DNA from: a virus
Strand: one strand, 5' to 3'
IMG/VR virus record: IMGVR_UViG_3300017973_000001
Coordinates: 1-64,000 of that record
DNA length: 64,000 bases
Positions 58,088-64,000 of this stretch are shown piece by piece. The notes under the pieces are model-generated. The model was given only the letters and a program-made list of their open reading frames with translations, did no database searches and had not been told where the DNA came from. Each line of letters begins with the position of its first letter. Positions within the stretch are counted from its first letter, which is position 1. The translations under genes were made by a program, and so were the position numbers.

Positions 58088-58366
58088 CTATAAAATGCTC
58101 TTTAATTTTTCGATTTCATTTTTAAGTATAAGTAGCCCTTCTGTACTGATTATATTTCCATTTGGTAGCTTTATACAATCTGAAGAAACTTTACCAGTAA
58201 TTACACAAGCAGATTCTTTTTCATATTTTCTAAGTACAATACTATCTTCATCTACAAACATTTCAATTGGATCACGGGGTTTTATTCCCCATGTTCTTCT
58301 CATTTCCATAGGTATTACAATTCTCCCAAGTTCGTCCATCTTACGGACTACTCCTGTTGCTTTCAT
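58088..58366 (-). CDS. abrB: AbrB-family transition-state regulator
   Basis: MKATGVVRKMDELGRIVIPME.RR...IVLRKY...CVITG. Confidence 0.93.
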   Translation of the reverse strand: MKATGVVRKMDELGRIVIPMEMRRTWGIKPRDPIEMFVDEDSIVLRKYEKESACVITGKVSSDCIKLPNGNIISTEGLLILKNEIEKLKSIL

Positions 58367-58411
58367 TCTACTTCCTCTTTTCTACGTATGCTCCATGTTG
58401 TTATTTTAACA

Positions 58412-58687
58412 CTACTTATCTTTTCGGTGGGAAAGTAGATTTTTTAACTGTTTAGTATTTAATCTGATACCGACTTTATTATTTTCCTCGGTTGAATTAT
58501 ACAAGGTTACTTCATCTGCTTTATTATTATTCAGATACTCTAACATGTAATCTACGTATTTATACAGAAATTGGAAAATATGTACCTTTTTGTTATCTTT
58601 AAAAATATTAATAACAAATTTATCATCATGAAATTCTAGGTCATACTTAAACTCTTTATCTTCAACATCATTAATATATAAAATCAT
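58412..58687 (-). CDS. Hypothetical early protein
   Basis: RBS AGGAG. Confidence 0.6.
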   Translation of the reverse strand: MILYINDVEDKEFKYDLEFHDDKFVINIFKDNKKVHIFQFLYKYVDYMLEYLNNNKADEVTLYNSTEENNKVGIRLNTKQLKNLLSHRKDK

Positions 58688-58704
58688 ATATTATTCTCCT
58701 AATC

Positions 58705-58953
58705 TTAAATCCATATTTCAACAATAACTGGATCATCTACCTCAGAGCGATCCAACCTTGAAAATCGTCCATACGGAATAGACTTACGAACTTCTTCTAA
58801 ACTATCAGCTACAACATGGTATTTAGTAGGAAGGGGGGCTTCAAATAATCTAGCAACGTACTTACCAGGAAAATCTTTAGTATTAAAGTACACCGTAATA
58901 ATTGGTAGTTCAATTTTTGATAGGTCTAGTTCTGCGAAATTTGCTATTTGCAT
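58705..58953 (-). CDS. Conserved phage hypothetical protein
   Basis: DFPGKYVARLF...DDPVIVEIW. Confidence 0.65.
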   Translation of the reverse strand: MQIANFAELDLSKIELPIITVYFNTKDFPGKYVARLFEAPLPTKYHVVADSLEEVRKSIPYGRFSRLDRSEVDDPVIVEIWI

Positions 58954-58978
58954 TGATGTACTCCTTAAATTTTATTTT

Positions 58979-59332
58979 CTAAATTAAATCGTAAGACTTA
59001 AATCCCTCTAACACTTTACCTAATCTATCTATTTCTAAGTTAAGTGCATAAATGCATGCTTGATGGCTTACTTGTGTAAGACCAATTTTTAGTTCATCTA
59101 TTGCCGTTTCTACATTTTTAATATCTTCCTTGATTTTTACGAAAAACTCATCTAGTTTTTCAAGTGCTTCAGTCTGATTTTTGACGTAAGCTACATTCTT
59201 ATCTTTAACATATAATATTTTAGAGCCACTACGTCCAACATAACTACGGCTATATTCGATTCTACCTACAATCTTATCACCACTGAGTATACTCCATTCA
59301 TCTTCGTGTTCTTTCCGTACCTTTAAATCCAT
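58979..59332 (-). CDS. Hypothetical early protein
   Basis: RBS AAGGAG. Confidence 0.6.
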   Translation of the reverse strand: MDLKVRKEHEDEWSILSGDKIVGRIEYSRSYVGRSGSKILYVKDKNVAYVKNQTEALEKLDEFFVKIKEDIKNVETAIDELKIGLTQVSHQACIYALNLEIDRLGKVLEGFKSYDLI

Positions 59333-59346
59333 TATTATTCAGCTCC

Positions 59347-59679
59347 TTACTTCTTAACTGGTGGGATAATTTTTTCCATACCTTCTAGTTTTGAATCATC
59401 ATACTGATCCATAGCCCTCATAACTTTAAGGTATTGAGTGTCTATTCCTTCACGTTTCATGTATAAAAGGGAACCGGCACATAATTCATTACCTTGTTTT
59501 GGTTTGAATTTCTCCCCATGCTCACCCTTAGTATAATCAATGGTCTTATGACAGAAGAAATGTCCGTTGTTCTCTAAATCATGTACAATATCTTTTAAAC
59601 GGTTTTCATGTAATGTTTCATTAGTGAGGCTATCTTTTACAAAAGGGCAGTCCTTACACGGAGTCTTTAAGTTAAACAT
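59347..59679 (-). CDS. Zinc-binding phage protein
   Basis: PCKDCPF...FFCHKT...CAG. Confidence 0.65.
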   Translation of the reverse strand: MFNLKTPCKDCPFVKDSLTNETLHENRLKDIVHDLENNGHFFCHKTIDYTKGEHGEKFKPKQGNELCAGSLLYMKREGIDTQYLKVMRAMDQYDDSKLEGMEKIIPPVKK

Positions 59680-59694
59680 TGTAACGTCTCCTTT

Positions 59695-59937
59695 TTAATC
59701 TAAGTGTTCCTCTAAGTCTGAGTAAAGCTCTTGAATACTTTGTGTAATAGCTTCTAGCTTTTCAACCATTTCAGCATAAGCCTCAGCTTTTTCTTCATTA
59801 CCTTTTTCATCATAGTCATTAGCTTTATCGCTTAATTCACTGATAAACTCCTCAACATCTAGGTCATTAAATTGTGATAATTGTTCTTTCCAAATCTTTA
59901 TTACTTTATTAAGGTCTGACTTATTTAATTGAGCCAT
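59695..59937 (-). CDS. Acidic helical hypothetical protein
   Basis: ORF in operon. Confidence 0.6.
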   Translation of the reverse strand: MAQLNKSDLNKVIKIWKEQLSQFNDLDVEEFISELSDKANDYDEKGNEEKAEAYAEMVEKLEAITQSIQELYSDLEEHLD

Positions 59938-60399
59938 TTATTCTTCCACCTTTACCCATAATTTATCACTGGTAATTAGTTGGTATTTCTCAACTAAACC
60001 AATATATACCTTTTCCATTAGTTCTGCAATCTGAGTGTATTTTTTAGGAATATCGTAATCATAAGAATAATCTACACATTTACTAGGGTTTTCGTATTCC
60101 CCTAAAAAGGTAAGTCTAGCACTGTGCATGTACGTTGTCCCTTTTGCTTTTAGTGAGAATTTATCATTAACTCTGTAAGAGAGGTATACATATTCTCTAG
60201 CTAATTGAACCTTTACACCCTCGATTTCTAGCTCTCCCTCAATAGTATTCATGTATTCATAGTAACTCAGTCCACCAAAACGTTCACGATTCCCCATATC
60301 TATAAGCTCCTCCATCATACGTTCAACACTACGAGCTTCTTGTAGTAGGATAGTTCTTTTTTCAGCTAATTCCAGGTACCTTTCTTTTAAGCTACTCAA
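59938..60399 (-). CDS. Hypothetical early protein
   Basis: RBS AGGAGGG, TTG start. Confidence 0.6.
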   Translation of the reverse strand: MSSLKERYLELAEKRTILLQEARSVERMMEELIDMGNRERFGGLSYYEYMNTIEGELEIEGVKVQLAREYVYLSYRVNDKFSLKAKGTTYMHSARLTFLGEYENPSKCVDYSYDYDIPKKYTQIAELMEKVYIGLVEKYQLITSDKLWVKVEE

Positions 60400-60410
60400 T
60401 ACTTTCCCTC

Positions 60411-60740
60411 CTAAAAATTCTCATTAAATGTAATTATAGTATCTAAATCAGATGTACCTTCAACCTTTCTTTGTGTTTCTTTATTTAGGTTGTCGAAACC
60501 AATTTTTACAATTTCAATTTCATCTTTTCTAAGAATTTCACCTACATGGTGGGTAAGATAATCTTCAATTTCTTCATATGCTACTACTCTAACTTTATTT
60601 GTGCCTTCAAGTGTATTAAAATCGTGAATTATTCCTTCTCTTGACGATCTTACATTTACAAGTGCAAGTATGCCTTTTGCAAAGCTATTTATTTCTTCAT
60701 TTCCCTCAACTAAATACTCAAATCCTTTTACTAGTTCCAT
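60411..60740 (-). CDS. Hypothetical early protein
   Basis: RBS GGAG. Confidence 0.6.
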   Translation of the reverse strand: MELVKGFEYLVEGNEEINSFAKGILALVNVRSSREGIIHDFNTLEGTNKVRVVAYEEIEDYLTHHVGEILRKDEIEIVKIGFDNLNKETQRKVEGTSDLDTIITFNENF

Positions 60741-60754
60741 TTAAAACTCTCCAA

Positions 60755-61186
60755 TCAATATTTTTTCTCTCTTACTCGGACTGTAAGACCTTCCATTTTT
60801 ACATCTTTATCACCATAAATATAATAATCATTACCGTTATGCTCAACCCTTGAAGTACGCCAAATTTTCTTATAATCCTCGATTACCATATACTCAATAC
60901 CTTCACCACTTGTATAGTAGTCGTCCATATCAGTGATCCAATATCGGCCATCTTCTTTTTGAAATAGGGTACCAGTATGAATTACCTTTCTAGTGAAGTA
61001 TTCTAACGTATGGTTTATATCAAAAAGTTTATCTACAATAGTTTCATACTCACTTGCTAGCTGACGCTCATTAGGGCTACTAGTATTATACTGAATGTTG
61101 TCGGTATAACCATCCATTCCTCTATCAATTTGTTTAATAAGTGTAGATATTTTAGCAAGATTTAACTTCAAATCCTCTAGTTTCAT
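60755..61186 (-). CDS. DUF5348-like phage protein
   Basis: GTLFQKEDGRY...TSGEGIE...WRTSRVEH...YY. Confidence 0.6.
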   Translation of the reverse strand: MKLEDLKLNLAKISTLIKQIDRGMDGYTDNIQYNTSSPNERQLASEYETIVDKLFDINHTLEYFTRKVIHTGTLFQKEDGRYWITDMDDYYTSGEGIEYMVIEDYKKIWRTSRVEHNGNDYYIYGDKDVKMEGLTVRVREKKY

Positions 61187-61285
61187 TTTTGCTCCTCCTT
61201 ATTAAGTTCTAGTTTTAATATTACACATGGTAAACGAAATTCCTTCTCGATACAACCACCACCTTACCATAAATAAAAAAGGCCA

Positions 61286-63139
61286 CTATGCAGTGACCTT
61301 CGTTTCTTTAACTTGTTTACCTATTAATTCCTTAATTAGTTGCTTAGCAGTAACTAGACCGACAACCTCAACACCATTATCTAGTAAGTTCTGAGCCATA
61401 CTCTCCTTACGATCCACGGTAGCTTTTACATGTTCATCTATTGTATCGACACATTGTAGGTAGTGAACTGTTACTGCGTTACGTTGACCGATACGGTGGG
61501 CCCTTGAGAAAGCTTGCTCTACATATGCATAAGACCATTCTAAGTCAGTAAATACAACGTGAGTAGCTTTAGTAAGTGTCAGCCCCTCACGACAAGCAGT
61601 AGAGGTACCTAAGAATATTTTAGATGAGTCATCTTTTTGGAACTTATATACTTGGAGCTGACGTTCAGACGTAGTTCTATCTTCAACTAACTTTTCACGT
61701 TCTTTCTGAGTTAACCGGCTCCACTTAGTTCCGTATTCACGTTTCAACTCACGTACTGCTGAAGTAATTGTTTTACCTTGAGCGTCCACGTCTCCATGAA
61801 TAATTGCCGGATTGTAGTGAGCATATCGTTCTTCAAGAAGGTGGATGAGTGACTTAAATCTACTGAACACGATAACCTTTTCGCCACCCTCGATTAAATC
61901 CTCTAGTAAATCATCTAATGCTTTTAACTTAGCTGAGTCATCTTTTCCACCGATTAAAGCCGGGGTGTTCGTGATCTGCTGAAGCCTCATCAATTTAGCT
62001 AAGCTAGATGGTATTTGCTCAAGGGACGTATCGGTTAAATCCTCAAGTATCTCACGTTTAACTGCATTGTATAGTTTCTTCTGTCCAGGAGTCATTTCTA
62101 TTTTAATTGTTCTAAAAGTAACTTCCGGAAGTTCCTTCAGCTTATCTATCTTTCTTCTACGTAACATGTTTCTTTGAATATTCGTTTTTAACTCAAGTAT
62201 ATTTTGATACCCAATTACTTCCTTACCACCATATCCACCTAAGATAGCATATCTTTGTTGGAACTCAAACCAATGCATATCTACTTGCTTACCTAACTTC
62301 AAGTAGTTATAAGCTTCAAGTGGTGAGTTGGGAAGGGGGGTGGCCGTTAAGATATACTTACATTTAAACGGGATCTTATGGATAGAGTCACCCATCTTAG
62401 ACATAGGGTTTTTAATCTTATGTGCTTCATCCAGGACGATGAAATCTAGTGATTTTTTAGTGTCCAGGTGTTGGAAACACGGGTAAGTATCACGGAAAGT
62501 CTCATAACTAACTATAATAAATGTCCAATCGTCTGAGTAAGTAAGCTCACTAAACATTTTACTTCTCTGTTTTACATTACCAGTTAATACAACTGCTTTC
62601 TCATTAGTGTGCATATGAATTTCATCACGCCAGTTATAAACTAAGCTTGCTTTAGCTACAATAACACCACGTTTTACTTTACCGAGCTTTTTCTTGGCCT
62701 CCATAGCCGTAGCTACTTGCCAACTTTTACCAAGTCCTTGCTCATCTGCCAGGATTAAAAAGTCTTTCTCGACTAATAAGTTATGACCCTTTACTTGATA
62801 CTCACCCCACGGTGTAGTTTTAAATCCAGTACTATTAATAATCTTCCCAGTTAAATCATACTTAATTGAGTAACCAGGAGTAGTAGGGTAGGATGGAATA
62901 GTATCCTCACTAATCCCACCACCGTTAGGTTCCTCGTTATCCCAAACAATAAGGTGCTCAGCCATAAGACTATTAAATTTATCTAACTGAGAGTAGGGGA
63001 CTGCCCAACATTCCCTTACTGGTGAATAACTTGCTCCCGGAATAGTTCCCATCTTTTCTGTATATTCTTTGTTCTTTTTGAATGAGACTTTTAACCAGTC
63101 AGAATCATCAAAACCCTTAATTTTTTCTGCTTTAATCAT
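61286..63139 (-). CDS. SNF2-family helicase with HARP-like N-terminus
   Basis: LADEQGLGKS, LDEAH, LTATP, EGLTLT, QAFSRAHRIGQ. Confidence 0.93.
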   Translation of the reverse strand: MIKAEKIKGFDDSDWLKVSFKKNKEYTEKMGTIPGASYSPVRECWAVPYSQLDKFNSLMAEHLIVWDNEEPNGGGISEDTIPSYPTTPGYSIKYDLTGKIINSTGFKTTPWGEYQVKGHNLLVEKDFLILADEQGLGKSWQVATAMEAKKKLGKVKRGVIVAKASLVYNWRDEIHMHTNEKAVVLTGNVKQRSKMFSELTYSDDWTFIIVSYETFRDTYPCFQHLDTKKSLDFIVLDEAHKIKNPMSKMGDSIHKIPFKCKYILTATPLPNSPLEAYNYLKLGKQVDMHWFEFQQRYAILGGYGGKEVIGYQNILELKTNIQRNMLRRRKIDKLKELPEVTFRTIKIEMTPGQKKLYNAVKREILEDLTDTSLEQIPSSLAKLMRLQQITNTPALIGGKDDSAKLKALDDLLEDLIEGGEKVIVFSRFKSLIHLLEERYAHYNPAIIHGDVDAQGKTITSAVRELKREYGTKWSRLTQKEREKLVEDRTTSERQLQVYKFQKDDSSKIFLGTSTACREGLTLTKATHVVFTDLEWSYAYVEQAFSRAHRIGQRNAVTVHYLQCVDTIDEHVKATVDRKESMAQNLLDNGVEVVGLVTAKQLIKELIGKQVKETKVTA

Positions 63140-63743
63140 TTTGTTTCACCTCCATATATCTTCTATATACTGTAGTAAGAGAGAGTTTTAGAATCTTAGA
63201 AATCTCTCTAAAAGACTTTTGCTCAATATCTCTGAGTTTTATAATCTCATCTTTGAAATCACTATAAACTATACCGTACTCTCTTAATAGTTCCCAAACT
63301 GATTGACCTTTCATTCTTGCATGGTAATACAAACGGTCATATAGTTTCTTATCGATATAATTACCATTTTCTTTTACCATTTCTATTAACTCATCTAGGC
63401 TAGCAAATTTATCATATTCAATAATAAAACCTTCTTTAAGTAATGAGTCTGAAATTCCTCCGAAAGTGGATATATAATTATATATATTTCTATTTTCTTT
63501 TCTTAATTTTGTAAGATTTACCTTCTCTCCATGATTATAGAGAAGGTACATAATACATTTATCATAACTTTTTAATCCTCTTTGGTCATCTAAGATCATA
63601 ATTCCTTGCTCATCTAATTCTTTAGATAACCTCACACTATTACTTTTATAGTAAGAGAAAAGAGGGTAGTTTGTTCTTCTTAATACTGATAAAGGAAGAA
63701 CATTATTTCTTGCTAAACTACTTAGAATTTTAGGTATACTCAT
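63132..63743 (-). CDS. Protein with C-terminal HTH (putative regulator)
   Basis: KSFREISKILKLSLTTVYRR. Confidence 0.65.
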   Translation of the reverse strand: MSIPKILSSLARNNVLPLSVLRRTNYPLFSYYKSNSVRLSKELDEQGIMILDDQRGLKSYDKCIMYLLYNHGEKVNLTKLRKENRNIYNYISTFGGISDSLLKEGFIIEYDKFASLDELIEMVKENGNYIDKKLYDRLYYHARMKGQSVWELLREYGIVYSDFKDEIIKLRDIEQKSFREISKILKLSLTTVYRRYMEVKQND

Positions 63744-64000
63744 AAAAACACCCCCTTAATATTTATACTAAGGAGGTGGGGGAGGAGTTAAATTCCTACA
63801 TATTTAGCAACTTTAATATTTACAAAAGTTAGGATAGATAAAAGTATAGCTACTCTAAATAGCTCTAATATATTAAGGTGTATAATACTTCTAAAAAGGC
63901 TACCTAATAAGAAACAATAACAAATCAAATCTAGACCTAATAAACAGAATAAAGAAAAACAACCGACCATATCTATCTATCTCCTAAATACATTCTCTGC

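Larger units (their letters stand above)
1..64000. mobile_element. Segment of a large temperate Bacillales phage / phage-plasmid
   Basis: Virion, replication and lysis modules together with Rep, ParMRC and dif; no host housekeeping context. Confidence 0.85.

Noticed and set aside
63788-63970. 60-aa hydrophobic ORF at the window edge
   Set aside because: Possibly a real small membrane protein, but there is too little context to call it
1-64000. tRNA/rRNA genes, introns/inteins, arbitrium aimR-aimP
   Set aside because: No cloverleafs, splicing motifs or TPR receptor plus signal-peptide pair recognised by eye

Overview
AT-rich 64-kb segment of a large temperate Bacillales (Bacillus-like) phage, most likely a phage-plasmid. 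Head and packaging genes are outside the window. 1-25.9 kb (+): late virion module with SLH-type proteins, an M23/lysozyme-like/PG-binding tail protein, five paralogous fibre-like proteins, a 17-aa-repeat protein and lectin/discoidin-domain adhesins. 25.9-47.9 kb: Xer-like recombinase, a lytic replisome (initiator, loader, helicase, primase, SSB, PolA), recombination genes (Cas4-like nuclease, two resolvase-like nucleases, RecA), tmk, HU and two sigma factors. 48-53.5 kb: plasmid-type maintenance (antisense-controlled Rep, ParMR plus parC) and thyX, with a Bacillus-type dif site at 40.2 kb. 53.5-55.5 kb: lysis cassette. 55.5-64 kb (-): small early genes, AbrB and an SNF2 helicase. Best hidden signals: (i) a prfB/RF2-type +1 frameshift (AAGGAG-TGT-CTT-TGA) that would fuse an S1 RNA-binding protein to a start-less RelE/BECR-like domain; (ii) a dnaX-type -1 frameshift (A AAA AAG) adding an unannotated PG-binding domain to the endolysin; (iii) a sigmaF-promoter-driven, CsfG-like sRNA; (iv) about 11 phage promoters (TTAAY-N16/17-MKTATA) whose spacers are anti-Shine-Dalgarno sequences for the downstream gene; (v) apparent absence of GCNGC and Ala-Ala. 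All calls are by eye; no database searches or folding programs were run.
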